Part shown: positions 1 to 9,719 of the stretch, one piece after another
Layout of the letters: each line of letters begins with the position of its first letter
Position numbering within the stretch: position 1 is the first letter of the stretch
DNA from: Microgenomates group bacterium GW2011_GWC1_46_15
GTDB lineage: Bacteria > Patescibacteriota > Microgenomatia > UBA1400 > UBA12028
Assembly (NCBI GenBank): GCA_001002285.1
Contig: LCLX01000001.1
Location: 64,030-128,029, forward strand
Reading direction: 5' to 3'
DNA: 64,000 nucleotides
Program-made: the position numbers and the translations under genes
Notes under the pieces: model-generated
The model's database searches: none
What the model was told of the DNA's origin: nothing
What the model saw: only the letters and a program-made list of their open reading frames with translations

Positions 1-1089
1 TTTCGTGTTCGAACTTTTTTAGTTCAAAAACAAGCCCACCGGTCTTTTTAAGTTCGTCTAAAGCCTCCGGCATTTCTTTGAGGAGAAACTCTTGCGGTTT
101 TGTAAAATCAATTGGATATGCATGCAGCCCATCGTCTATCGCGACTACCGTATTTCCTGGACCGACAGTAACGGTTAATCCCGTAAAAGAACTAAGCGTA
201 TACACGGGGTATGTATCTGTTTTTTTTCTGAAAATAACCATCCACGATTGTTGATCCCGCCAACCAAGGTCAATTTCCGTACGAAACAACATTTTTTGTT
301 GTGCTGGTTGATCAGATTGCATCAACATACCATTTCTCGTTTGAACAACTTCATACCCACTCATGTCATACCCTTTTTCTTGTAAAAATTGTTGAGCTGC
401 TGTAATAGCTAGCTCTTTCGTCGGGGCGGGACCCTCTTGAGGTTTCGTAAAATACCGGTATCCATCATCAAACGCATTAATCGCCAATACTCTGTCAGTC
501 GTTTTAAACAGGAAAGATTGAGGATTCATGTTATCCAATCGTGTATGGGGTGTGTTTATTGAGAATTTTTTTGCAAGATCAGTTGCTTCTTGTTCTGAGT
601 ACTGTCCAAAAAAAATGGAGTAAATGGGAATGGTATGTGTTGTTTGCGCAAACGCTTGTTGAATAAACCGCATTGACTGTTGCTGTGGGATTTCAATCTT
701 TAAGTTTCTAATATGTGTACCATTTTCCTCACCAAGAGAATAAAGCGGAATGTCTTTTTTAACCCGGGGACTTGTTGGGGGAGTTGGAGCAGTAGAATTG
801 TTGCCCTGTTGATTTTCCTGTTGGCGAAGCAACTCTGAAAGCGGAAGTCCCTCAAAACTTGGTTTTACTTCCGTAAAAATTTGTTCAGTTAGTTTTTCAA
901 CAGGTTTATTTTTTTGAAACAAAAAGAAAAAAACAGCCGATAAGAAAGAAAAAATTGTAAGAAGTGTACAAGCAACAACAAATCGTTTATATAACCTAAT
1001 TCGAGACCAAATTGGTAATAACGTGGATTTTTCTTGTGCAGAAATTTGAAGTTTATCATCCTTGGGAGTCATAGAAATGTGTGGTACTT
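1..1089 (-). CDS. hypothetical N-terminally membrane-anchored protein (partial, runs off the window edge)
   Basis: No complete ORF of 60 aa or more is listed in 1..1060, yet my reading of the reverse complement gives a long open frame starting at ATG (complement of 1087-1089), translating MESEVPHISMTPKDD..., with one hydrophobic helix (FVVACTLLTIFSFLSAVFFFLF). No recognisable domain. Confidence 0.35.
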
Positions 1090-1106
1090 CTGATTCCATA
1101 TTCACT

Positions 1107-1721
1107 CTATTTTTTCATCGACACATATCTCGCCTCAACCGCTTGCCAATCAACAACATTCCACCACGCGGTAACGTAATCCGGGCGCTTGTTTTGATAC
1201 TTCAAGTAATATGCGTGTTCCCATACATCCAAACCAAGAACGGGGAACTTGCCCTCACTCAATGGGTTGTCCTGGTTTGCGGTTGACATGATTGCCAGTG
1301 TTCCGACTGCATCGGCAACAAGCCACGCCCATCCACTTCCAAACCGCCCACCTGCTTCTGCGGCAAACTTTTCCTTAAACTGGTCAAATCCGCCAAATGT
1401 TTTTGTGATTGCTTCAGCCAAAGTACCAACGGGAACATCGCCTTTTCCTGGTCCCATAATGGTCCAGAACATCGAGTGGTTGTAGTGTCCGCCGCCGTGA
1501 TTTCGAACGGCGGTACGGATTGCCTCGGGAACCGTGTTTAAATCTTTCAACAGTTCTTCAATGGGTTTATTTTGCAGTTCTGGAGCCGATTCCAACGCTG
1601 CGTTCAATTTATCAATATACGCCTGGTGATGTTTTGTGTGATGGATTTCCATCGTCTGCGCGTCAATATGTGGCTCAAGCGCGTTATACGCGTACGAAAG
1701 TTTCGGAAGTGTGTGTGGCAT
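1107..1721 (-). CDS. sodA: Fe/Mn superoxide dismutase
   Basis: [35 protein letters not shown]... and the C-terminal [18 protein letters not shown] are hallmark Fe/Mn-SOD motifs. Confidence 0.9.
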   Translation of the reverse strand: MPHTLPKLSYAYNALEPHIDAQTMEIHHTKHHQAYIDKLNAALESAPELQNKPIEELLKDLNTVPEAIRTAVRNHGGGHYNHSMFWTIMGPGKGDVPVGTLAEAITKTFGGFDQFKEKFAAEAGGRFGSGWAWLVADAVGTLAIMSTANQDNPLSEGKFPVLGLDVWEHAYYLKYQNKRPDYVTAWWNVVDWQAVEARYVSMKK

Positions 1722-1779
1722 GTAGCCTCCTGTAATAAAAATGTTTGTGGTTTATGTACATCTAGGATAGCATAGTTAT

Positions 1780-2664
1780 ATGACGCTGTCCGATATCCAG
1801 ACGAAAACCGGAAAATTTACAATTGCGGCGTGTGATCAACGCGCGTCGCTTGCGACAATGCTTGGCGTTGATCCGATGAGTGAATCGGGAAAGTCCACGC
1901 TCGAGCGCGTAAAAACGGTGTTCATGGAAACATTTTCTCCGATATGTTCTGGGGTGTTAGTTGATCCCGAGTTTGGCATGCCGAGCTTGGAGAAAAAGGG
2001 AAGGTCGGGCCTTTTGCTTACGCTCGAGAAACCACCATATAGTTCGTTTAATCCAGACGACATTCCAGATCTGTATGATGACGGTCTATATGGGAAGGTT
2101 GGGCCTTTTGCTGGGAATGGAACTGCGGCGGCAAAAATACTCCTGTGGTACAACCCATTAAGCAAAAACGCAGAGCTAAAACAACAGCTTATTCAGGAAC
2201 TGTATAAACAGGCGCAGTCCGCACACACGCCATTTTTGCTGGAAATTTTACTTCATCCACTTGAAAAAAAGTTTCGTTCTAGTGAAGAAGCGTTTAAGCT
2301 TCAACTAGAAACGGTGCACACATTTGCAAACCAGTGCGATGTATTAAAACTTGAAGCTCCCGCACTGCCAAGCGAACCATTAGATATTCCAGCCTTTGAA
2401 AAGCGGTGCACTCAAATTACACAAGAGATGAAAAAACATTCTGGCACAAAAACAACGCCATGGATTTTACTTACCCGTGGCACAGCATACGAGCGGTTTT
2501 TGCTTGCACTCCAACTTGCGATGAAACATGGCGCAAGCGGATTTGCCGCCGGCCGCGCAGTATGGAAAGAGTTCGCAGAGTTTCCGACGGAAGAAGAGCA
2601 GTTCAAGTTTATCCGCACGGTCGCGCGCAAGCGCATGGAAAAACTCATTGAAATTGTTGTTTAA
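1780..2664 (+). CDS. LacD-family class I aldolase (tagatose-1,6-bisphosphate aldolase-like)
   Basis: VLVDPEFG, GLLLTLEK and KILLWYN align with LacD ILLDPEYG / GLLLAYEK / KFLLYYD blocks, as recalled from memory. Confidence 0.55.
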   Translation: MTLSDIQTKTGKFTIAACDQRASLATMLGVDPMSESGKSTLERVKTVFMETFSPICSGVLVDPEFGMPSLEKKGRSGLLLTLEKPPYSSFNPDDIPDLYDDGLYGKVGPFAGNGTAAAKILLWYNPLSKNAELKQQLIQELYKQAQSAHTPFLLEILLHPLEKKFRSSEEAFKLQLETVHTFANQCDVLKLEAPALPSEPLDIPAFEKRCTQITQEMKKHSGTKTTPWILLTRGTAYERFLLALQLAMKHGASGFAAGRAVWKEFAEFPTEEEQFKFIRTVARKRMEKLIEIVV

Positions 2665-2670
2665 CCGTAC

Positions 2671-3720
2671 TTGCCCGCCCGCGAAATATATGGCATGAAC
2701 AAAAAACTTTTACACACAGTGTTGTTTGCTTGGTTCCGCAAACACGGGCGCATTTTGCCTTGGCGCATGCGGGAATTATCAGCATTGCATAAAGCAAAAA
2801 AAATCAGCAAAACAAAAGTATCCGTACTTCGCGACTCAACCATTGCCAGCTACTTCACGACGAAATGGAATCGCGATCCATACACGATTATTGTTTCCGA
2901 ACTCATGCTCCAGCAAACGCAGGTAGACCGCGTGCTGCCGAAATTTGAATCGTTTATCCGCAAATGGCCAACAGTTCACGATCTTTCCAAAGCAAAACTT
3001 TCTGAGGTGTTGATTGAGTGGAAGGGTTTAGGATACAATCGCCGCGCAAAATTTCTGCATGAAATGGCTCACGCAGTTGTTCATACCCATAAGGGAAACT
3101 TCCCGAAAACCGAAGAAGAACTACGGAAACTTTCCGGCGTTGGCGAGTACACCGCGCGCGCAGTTCTGACATTCGCGTATGGAAAAGATATCGGTGTTGT
3201 AGATACAAATATCCGGCGCATATTTTCCCGCGTCATGTTTGGGAAAGAAGCGGGGCAAGTTGATATTTCCACCAAAGAATTTTTTGCAGTTATTGATCAA
3301 TCCGTGCCGCGCGGGAAAGGTGATCCGTGGAATCAAGCACTGATGGATTTTGGCGCACTTGTGTGTACGGCTAAGGCCCCAAAATGTGATGTGTGCCCGC
3401 TCCAAACGGTGTGTATAGCGAATCTTTCTGAACAAAAACACGGATTCAGAAACTATGCTGATTCACTCGCAACAAAAAACAAAAAAATCAACATAAAAAA
3501 GAGTGGGGCGAAAAAAATTCCGTTTAAACAAGCCGACCGGTACTTTCGCGGAAAAGTTATTGATATATTACGCGATGGCCATCAGCATATGGAAAAACTT
3601 TATCAGCAAGTAGAGCGTGATCATAAACTCCGTGATAAAAAACGGTGGGGAAATATTATTGAAAGCCTCATGATTGATGGGCTTATTGCTATTCGCGGCT
3701 CGACAGTGTCATTAGCATAA
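2671..3720 (+). CDS. HhH-GPD DNA glycosylase (MutY/Nth family) with 4Fe-4S cluster loop
   Basis: VSELMLQQTQVDRV...GLGYNRRAKFLHE...LSGVGEYTARAVLTFAYG...VDTNIRRI matches the HhH-GPD fold; the Cys cluster CTAKAPKCDVCPLQTVC is present. The likely ATG is at 2695 (MNKKLL). Confidence 0.75.
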   Translation: MPAREIYGMNKKLLHTVLFAWFRKHGRILPWRMRELSALHKAKKISKTKVSVLRDSTIASYFTTKWNRDPYTIIVSELMLQQTQVDRVLPKFESFIRKWPTVHDLSKAKLSEVLIEWKGLGYNRRAKFLHEMAHAVVHTHKGNFPKTEEELRKLSGVGEYTARAVLTFAYGKDIGVVDTNIRRIFSRVMFGKEAGQVDISTKEFFAVIDQSVPRGKGDPWNQALMDFGALVCTAKAPKCDVCPLQTVCIANLSEQKHGFRNYADSLATKNKKINIKKSGAKKIPFKQADRYFRGKVIDILRDGHQHMEKLYQQVERDHKLRDKKRWGNIIESLMIDGLIAIRGSTVSLA

Positions 3721-3781
3721 AAAGGAGGAGGAAGGAAGATAGTCTTGCAAACCACACCGCTTTTCTTTACCCTACACACGT

Positions 3782-4372
3782 ATGCAGTATGTTTTCCTAG
3801 ACGTTGAGACACAAAAATCTTTTGACCAGGTTGGAGGCAACTTCCCTGACCGCCTCGGCATCTCCTACGTTGGGATCTGCGTGCGAAACGGCTCATCCGG
3901 TAAAGGAGAAATGCAAGGATTTTTTGAGCAGGATCTTCCCAAGTTGTGGCCGATTCTCGAACACGCCGACGTCATCGTCGGATTCAACATTATTACGTTT
4001 GATTTTGAAGCGCTCCGTCCGTACTACACGGGCAATATCCGTGAGTGGCCGGTGCTTGATTTGCTTGACCGCGTAAAAGACTCAACTGGCCACCGCGTGA
4101 GCTTGGACTCAATTGCAACACAAACCCTCGGAGTGCAAAAAAGCGGTTCGGGACTGGACGCATTAGAGTACTATGCAAAAAAACAGTTCGACAAACTATC
4201 CATGTATTGTTTGAAAGACGTTGAGATCACGCGCGATGTGTATGACTATGGTGCCTCAAAAGGAAACATTAAATTTTTGAATAAGTGGAATCGGCTCATT
4301 GAAGCAAAAATAGATTTTGGGTTTGCGCCCAAAAAACACGTTGGTGTGCAGATGACACTCATGGGGGCATAG
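3782..4372 (+). CDS. DEDD-family 3'-5' exonuclease (DnaQ/epsilon-like)
   Basis: VFLDVETQ (Exo I motif) and IVGFNIITFDFEAL (Exo II) are present. Confidence 0.65.
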   Translation: MQYVFLDVETQKSFDQVGGNFPDRLGISYVGICVRNGSSGKGEMQGFFEQDLPKLWPILEHADVIVGFNIITFDFEALRPYYTGNIREWPVLDLLDRVKDSTGHRVSLDSIATQTLGVQKSGSGLDALEYYAKKQFDKLSMYCLKDVEITRDVYDYGASKGNIKFLNKWNRLIEAKIDFGFAPKKHVGVQMTLMGA

Positions 4373-4377
4373 TCGAG

Positions 4378-4977
4378 TTGGCACACCCTCAGGTTTATAC
4401 TATGACCATGGCAAAACTTTCAGAGTACAAAGGAAAGCGGTGTTTAACCGCTTCCGGCTGGCTGATTTACAACGATAAAGTCTTGTTTGTGAAACATGCG
4501 TTGTTAGGCATTTGGCTTTCCCCCGGTGGCCATGTTGAAGAACACGAGCTCCCGCACCTCGCCGCGGAACGCGAGTTTTTTGAAGAAACGGGGATTCAGG
4601 TGAAGGTGGTGAGCGCGCACCCGGAAGTTGTGTCTGCGCCGGAAACAGAAAATTTGCCACTCCCATTTGTGTATAACGTACACTGGATTAATCCGCCAGG
4701 TCAAGCAAAACCCAGTCCAACCACAGGAAAAATTTGTGAACAGCACTATGTGTTTGGATTTTTTGTTGAACCTGTTAGCAACATGGCCGATATAAAAATC
4801 AGCGATAAAGGGGTTGAAGAAGTGCGGTGGTTTTCACGCAAAGAACTTGCGGATGTGCAGACAACGAACACAATCCGCAATGAGGCGTACTATGCGTTTG
4901 ACCGGCATCCTTCCGCAAAGAAAAACTCAACATCATCCCACCGGGCTATGGCTGCCCGCAAATCAGGCAAACATTGA
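4378..4977 (+). CDS. NUDIX hydrolase
   Basis: Nudix box GGHVEEHELPHLAAEREFFEETGI. Confidence 0.7.
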   Translation: MAHPQVYTMTMAKLSEYKGKRCLTASGWLIYNDKVLFVKHALLGIWLSPGGHVEEHELPHLAAEREFFEETGIQVKVVSAHPEVVSAPETENLPLPFVYNVHWINPPGQAKPSPTTGKICEQHYVFGFFVEPVSNMADIKISDKGVEEVRWFSRKELADVQTTNTIRNEAYYAFDRHPSAKKNSTSSHRAMAARKSGKH

Positions 4978-4995
4978 TCTCTTCCTGTACAATAC

Positions 4996-5739
4996 TTGCT
5001 CAAAGCGCCTATGTTGAAGATTACAAACCTCCACGTTTTTGTTGAAAAAACACCGATTCTTTCCGGCGTTTCGTTGGTGGTAAAACCTGGCGAGGTACAC
5101 GCCATTATGGGGCCAAACGGAAGTGGAAAGTCCACGCTGGCGTATACATTGGCCGGCCATCCAAAATATAGCGTCACGAAGGGTAATGTAAAACTGGACA
5201 AGCACAACCTTCTTGAAATGACTCCAGACGAGCGTGCCCGTGCGGGGTTATTTTTGGCATTCCAGTATCCCGTGGAAATTGGCGGCGTTTCTGTACAGAA
5301 CTTCTTGCGCGCGGCATACGAAGCAAAGTTTGGTCCGCTCAAAAGCATTGTAGAGTTCCGCGAAATATTGCGGATTGAAGGGGAGAAAGTTGGAGTAAAA
5401 AAAGAGTTGTTAGAGCGCAATGTAAACGAAGGATTTTCTGGTGGTGAAAAAAAGCGGTTGGAGATTTTGCAGATGATGGTGTTAAAACCGAGCGTTGCTG
5501 TGTTGGATGAAACCGATTCAGGTCTTGACGTTGACGCGATTAAAACCGTTGCTCGCGGAGTTCGCGCAGTGATTGCCGCGCACAATACTGGAGTGATTGT
5601 GATTACGCATTATCAGCGTATCTTAAAATACCTTGAACCCGAGTTTGTGCACGTGATGGTAAAGGGAAATATTGTCAAAAGCGGCGGACAGAAATTTGGT
5701 GAAGAGTTAGAAAAAAACGGATATACATCGTATGTCTAG
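4996..5739 (+). CDS. sufC: Fe-S cluster assembly ATPase SufC
   Basis: Walker A GPNGSGKST, ABC signature FSGGEKKR, and the SufC-typical length. The start may be at MLKITNL (5011). Confidence 0.9.
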   Translation: MLKAPMLKITNLHVFVEKTPILSGVSLVVKPGEVHAIMGPNGSGKSTLAYTLAGHPKYSVTKGNVKLDKHNLLEMTPDERARAGLFLAFQYPVEIGGVSVQNFLRAAYEAKFGPLKSIVEFREILRIEGEKVGVKKELLERNVNEGFSGGEKKRLEILQMMVLKPSVAVLDETDSGLDVDAIKTVARGVRAVIAAHNTGVIVITHYQRILKYLEPEFVHVMVKGNIVKSGGQKFGEELEKNGYTSYV

Positions 5740-8278
5740 ATTCGCTCCGATTAAACAACAGAAAAAACTCAAACTTCCCACAGATCCTGGTTACGCCTAC
5801 GGCTTCTCCGATCCAACAAACACGTATGCGTTTATCGAAAAACCCGGCCTTTCTCAAAGTGTTGTTGAAAATATTTCGAGTATGAAGGGCGAGCCAACAT
5901 GGATGCGGACAAAGCGCCTAGAGGCACTTAAGATTTTTCAATCAAAGTCCATGCCTCCTTGGGGCCCAAAACTCAACATAAACTTTGACGCGGTTCACTA
6001 TTACCTCAAGCCGGTTCAGCAGGAAACACAAAAATGGGAGGACGTTCCGGAGTACATTAAAAAAACATTTGACCGGCTTGGTACCCCGCAGGCTGAGCGT
6101 GAGTACTTGGCTGGTGTGAAAAATCAATTTGATTCAGAAGTTGTGCAGGGGAGCCTCAAAGACGTGTGGAAAAAACAGGGTGTCGTGTTTTTATCAATGG
6201 ATGAGGGACTGCGCCAGTATCCGGATTTGGTCCGTGAGTACTTTGGCAAAGTTATTCCGGTTGGCGACAACACATTCGCGGCGCTCAACACTTCGGTATG
6301 GAGTGGTGGTTCATTCGTGTACGTGCCGAAAGGCGTTGAAGTCACTTTTCCTTTGCAAGCGTACTTCCGTATTAACTCGCCCAACGCGGGGCAGTTTGAG
6401 CGCACGCTGATTATTGCCGATGAAGGGGCAAAAGTTTCGTACATTGAGGGATGTACTTCGCCGAGTTTTTCTTCTTCAAGCCTCCATTCCGCGGTCGTTG
6501 AAATTTTTGTGAAAAAAGGCGCGCGCGTGCAGTACACCACCGTGCAGAATTGGTATAAGCACGTGTACAACTTAGTAACAAAACGCGCGTTTGTGGAAGA
6601 AGAAGGCGAAATGATTTGGACAGATTTTAATATGGGCTGTTTAAGCGAGAGTTCTCGTTTATTTATAAAGGGAAGAGGATGTATTTCTATTAAAGATGTA
6701 AAAGCGGGAGACATTATTTGGTCTGTTGATATGCCGAACTTACAACCAATACAATCTCGCGTTATAGCATCAAAAATGACTGGAGTAAAACAAATTTTTC
6801 TCTTGGAAACAGAAAATCATCGTGAAATTGAAGCAACGAGTAATCATCCATTTCTTGTTCTCTCTCACGAGTCTGTGATGAAACATTATCAAACACTTCA
6901 ATGGAAGCAATTAAAAGATATTAAAGTAGGAGACTACATAGGAACGTCTAAGGGGCTTACAGATATATACCAAAGCAAACAATTGGAGTTTCATTTTACC
7001 AAAAAAAGAAAAACAAACAAAGTTATACATGACCCAACAATTCCTTCTAGCACATCAGAAAAATTGATGTGGATTATTGGTGCATATATGGGAGATGGGT
7101 ATTGTGAAAAGAATTCAAAAAAACAGTGGATTCGTGTATATTTTGCCATTCCCCCAAAGGATAAAATCAGGAAAAAAATGGAAAATACCCTTCAGGAAAT
7201 ATTTCATGTACTTCCGAAACCAAAAGGAATCTGTCTCACAATTCCTTCCATCATTGTTGCTGAATTTTTCCGTAGTTTACAACTCGGTGATACTGCAAAA
7301 ACCAAAAGAATTCCCTTTTGGATATATGAACTTCCGTTAAAAGAGAGACTTGCTTTTATTGAAGGGTACATGGATACAGACGGATCTGTCCGGGGAAATA
7401 AAAAAGACAAAAATGGTATACAACTTGGCCAAATTATATTTGCAAGCGTTCATAAATTATTACTTGAAGATTTGAAATTACTTATGATTAGTTGTGGTCT
7501 AAATCCACTTAAAATTTCTACATATACAAAGTTTCGAACATTATATAAAGGTAAATGGAAATACTACACATGTCACTTTCTCACGCACAATATTAGAGAT
7601 TACTTAACTTATATTAGGAGAAACGTTGAAGTACCGTCTCCTAGGATTGAATTTGTTCGAGTTGTGTCGATTATTCCACAGGGGAAAGAAAAAACATACG
7701 ATCTAGAAATTAAAGGAACATCTAATTTTATTGCAAATGGAATTATTGTTCATAATAGCAAGCTCACAATGAAGTATCCCTCGTTCATTTTGGCGGGCAA
7801 GGGTGCAAAAGGAGAAACGCTTTCTATGGCGTTGGCGGGTGCTGGCCAACACTTGGATACAGGGAGCAAAGCGATTCATCTCGCGCCATACACGTCGTCA
7901 ACGATTATCAGCAAATCTATTAGCAAAGACGGCGGGCGGACAAGTTACCGCGGGTTGGTGAGTATTGGCCCGAACGCGCACGGAAGCAAAAACAAGGTTG
8001 TGTGTGACGCACTTATTTTAGATTCACAGTCGCGGTCCGACACATACCCAACCGAACGCGTTTTGACGAACGACGTTTCGTTGGAGCACGAGGCAACGGT
8101 CTCAAAAATTGGCGAAGAACAACTCTTTTATTTGATGAGTCGCGGGCTTACAGAAGAACAGGCAAGCAAAATGATCGTGCGTGGCTTTGCCGAACCGTTG
8201 GTACGCAAACTGCCGCTTGAGTTTGCAGTAGAAATGAATCGGCTGATCGATATGGAAATGGAAGGATCGGTGGGATGA
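5732..8278 (+). CDS. sufB: Fe-S cluster assembly protein SufB interrupted by an in-frame intein
   Basis: The N-extein and C-extein (…TWTDFNMG / SKLTMKYPSFILAGKG…STIISKSISKDGGRTSYRGLV…EHEATVSKIGEEQLFYLMSRG) match SufB. A 373-aa insert runs from Cys (6638) to His-Asn (7756), and the +1 residue is Ser. Confidence 0.9.
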   Translation: MSRFAPIKQQKKLKLPTDPGYAYGFSDPTNTYAFIEKPGLSQSVVENISSMKGEPTWMRTKRLEALKIFQSKSMPPWGPKLNINFDAVHYYLKPVQQETQKWEDVPEYIKKTFDRLGTPQAEREYLAGVKNQFDSEVVQGSLKDVWKKQGVVFLSMDEGLRQYPDLVREYFGKVIPVGDNTFAALNTSVWSGGSFVYVPKGVEVTFPLQAYFRINSPNAGQFERTLIIADEGAKVSYIEGCTSPSFSSSSLHSAVVEIFVKKGARVQYTTVQNWYKHVYNLVTKRAFVEEEGEMIWTDFNMGCLSESSRLFIKGRGCISIKDVKAGDIIWSVDMPNLQPIQSRVIASKMTGVKQIFLLETENHREIEATSNHPFLVLSHESVMKHYQTLQWKQLKDIKVGDYIGTSKGLTDIYQSKQLEFHFTKKRKTNKVIHDPTIPSSTSEKLMWIIGAYMGDGYCEKNSKKQWIRVYFAIPPKDKIRKKMENTLQEIFHVLPKPKGICLTIPSIIVAEFFRSLQLGDTAKTKRIPFWIYELPLKERLAFIEGYMDTDGSVRGNKKDKNGIQLGQIIFASVHKLLLEDLKLLMISCGLNPLKISTYTKFRTLYKGKWKYYTCHFLTHNIRDYLTYIRRNVEVPSPRIEFVRVVSIIPQGKEKTYDLEIKGTSNFIANGIIVHNSKLTMKYPSFILAGKGAKGETLSMALAGAGQHLDTGSKAIHLAPYTSSTIISKSISKDGGRTSYRGLVSIGPNAHGSKNKVVCDALILDSQSRSDTYPTERVLTNDVSLEHEATVSKIGEEQLFYLMSRGLTEEQASKMIVRGFAEPLVRKLPLEFAVEMNRLIDMEMEGSVG
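6638..7756 (+). mobile_element. intein with LAGLIDADG homing-endonuclease domain inside sufB
   Basis: It begins CLSES… and ends …IVHN followed by S. Two LAGLIDADG-type motifs are present (LMWIIGAYMGDGYC and LAFIEGYMDTDGSV). The block is markedly A+T-richer than the flanking extein. Confidence 0.8.
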
Positions 8279-8751
8279 ACGCACAAAAGAAAAATATTAT
8301 TGATGTATCAGGGAAATCAGGCAGGTATGAAGTTATCCTAAACCGCGCTGGGATGGAAGTGAAGATTATTGGCGCGTTCCATCTCGCTGGAAATACCAAG
8401 CATGAGTTATCGCTGTTTATTGTGCATAAGGCACCAAGAACGCGCGCGGAAACAGAGTTGCGGGGAGTTGTTGAAGGCCACGCATCGCTCACATTATCCG
8501 GCACGATTATCATTGAAAAAAAAGCGCAAAAAAGCGAGTCATTTTTGCGGGAAAAAGTATTATTGCTTTCACCGACAGCGAAAGCAGAAGCAGTCCCCAA
8601 TCTAGAAATTTTGGCAGATGACGTAAAATGTTCACATGCCGCGACAATGTCGAATATTTCAGAAGAGCAGATTTTTTACCTGATGAGCCGTGGACTCACA
8701 CGCAAAAAAGCAGAAAAAATGATTGTTGAAGGATTCTTGCAGATTGGTTAA
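8275..8751 (+). CDS. sufD: short SufD-like protein (C-terminal beta-helix only)
   Basis: Sits in the SufD position of the operon. The C-terminus MSNISEEQIFYLMSRGLTRKKAEKMIVEGF parallels the SufB/SufD C-terminal helix. Only 158 aa, against about 400 for canonical SufD. Confidence 0.55.
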   Translation: MNAQKKNIIDVSGKSGRYEVILNRAGMEVKIIGAFHLAGNTKHELSLFIVHKAPRTRAETELRGVVEGHASLTLSGTIIIEKKAQKSESFLREKVLLLSPTAKAEAVPNLEILADDVKCSHAATMSNISEEQIFYLMSRGLTRKKAEKMIVEGFLQIG

Positions 8752-9680
8752 TGGAATAGTGATAACACTCTTGGTTCCGGGAACACAACCGGCAGTGGCG
8801 AAAACCCTTCTTTGAACACGGTAAATCCTTTCCACCCCTTATATGTTTTTGGATACCGCTCATCGTATACTCCGCCAAAATCAAAAATCTGGCAACCCTC
8901 GGCCTTACTTTGAAGCATGGCATACCAAGTGAGCGCGGTAGGAGCGTGGGAAGCAAAACCCTCTGGTAAAGCACAAGCGCAGTAGTACGTAGCCATCTTT
9001 TCCCACACTGGAACGTACAACGCAGCGGCAAGTATGTTTCCGAGGTGGGCGGTGTACACATGGCCGTGTCCAGTAAAGTTGCGGACGAAATGGTGAAGAA
9101 AATCCTCAGGGAAACTTAATGCGTGTGGGCGGGATCGACGCCATTTTTTTTGAAGGTCGAAAAGTTCCTGTAAAACAGCGGGAGTGCATTTGGCAAACGA
9201 GATACGCGAAAGTTTCAACAGCCCTTTGCGTTGAGTGAGACCGATGTTATATCGCATCTTTTGTTTCATTTGGCTGAGTAATTGAGCTTCGGATAATCGC
9301 AGATCAATGAGCATGGTCTTGGAGTGTGCGAGTGGAGTGCATTGTTTTTTTATCCCATATCTAGCGAGCGTTGTATCCCAAACCGCATGATGTCCGGGCA
9401 AGTATGTGAGTTTTTTCTTTCCATACTGGAGTGCAACAGCGGGCTCTAACTGGAATAGCAATACGCGTTCTTTTTTCTGAACAAACCACAAAAAATTAGG
9501 ATCGAATGTGTCAAAGTGTTGGGCCTTGGCAAACGCGACTGGTCCAATCCGGCGCACAAACACTTGATTTCCGGGTTTACCATACACCTGCCAATGAATA
9601 TCGCGCATAATCTGTGCATGCATCGGTGTTTGATGGAGATCATGCTTCGTTGCAAAGAGGGTAAAAAGGTTTTGCGGCAT
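8748..9680 (-). CDS. FemAB/GNAT-fold acyltransferase-like protein (peptidoglycan bridge formation family?)
   Basis: 310-aa antisense ORF embedded between sufD and sufS. Its length and C-terminal GNAT-like features suggest the FemAB family, but I cannot verify a strong motif. Confidence 0.4.
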   Translation of the reverse strand: MPQNLFTLFATKHDLHQTPMHAQIMRDIHWQVYGKPGNQVFVRRIGPVAFAKAQHFDTFDPNFLWFVQKKERVLLFQLEPAVALQYGKKKLTYLPGHHAVWDTTLARYGIKKQCTPLAHSKTMLIDLRLSEAQLLSQMKQKMRYNIGLTQRKGLLKLSRISFAKCTPAVLQELFDLQKKWRRSRPHALSFPEDFLHHFVRNFTGHGHVYTAHLGNILAAALYVPVWEKMATYYCACALPEGFASHAPTALTWYAMLQSKAEGCQIFDFGGVYDERYPKTYKGWKGFTVFKEGFSPLPVVFPEPRVLSLFH

Positions 9681-9719
9681 AAAAATGGCCTGTGCGAGTA
9701 TAGCGAGTATAATCGGGGT

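Noticed and set aside
8748-9680. Calling the antisense ORF in the suf locus a definite FemAB protein
   Set aside because: I could not confirm a diagnostic motif by eye. It is reported as a low-confidence acyltransferase-like CDS instead.
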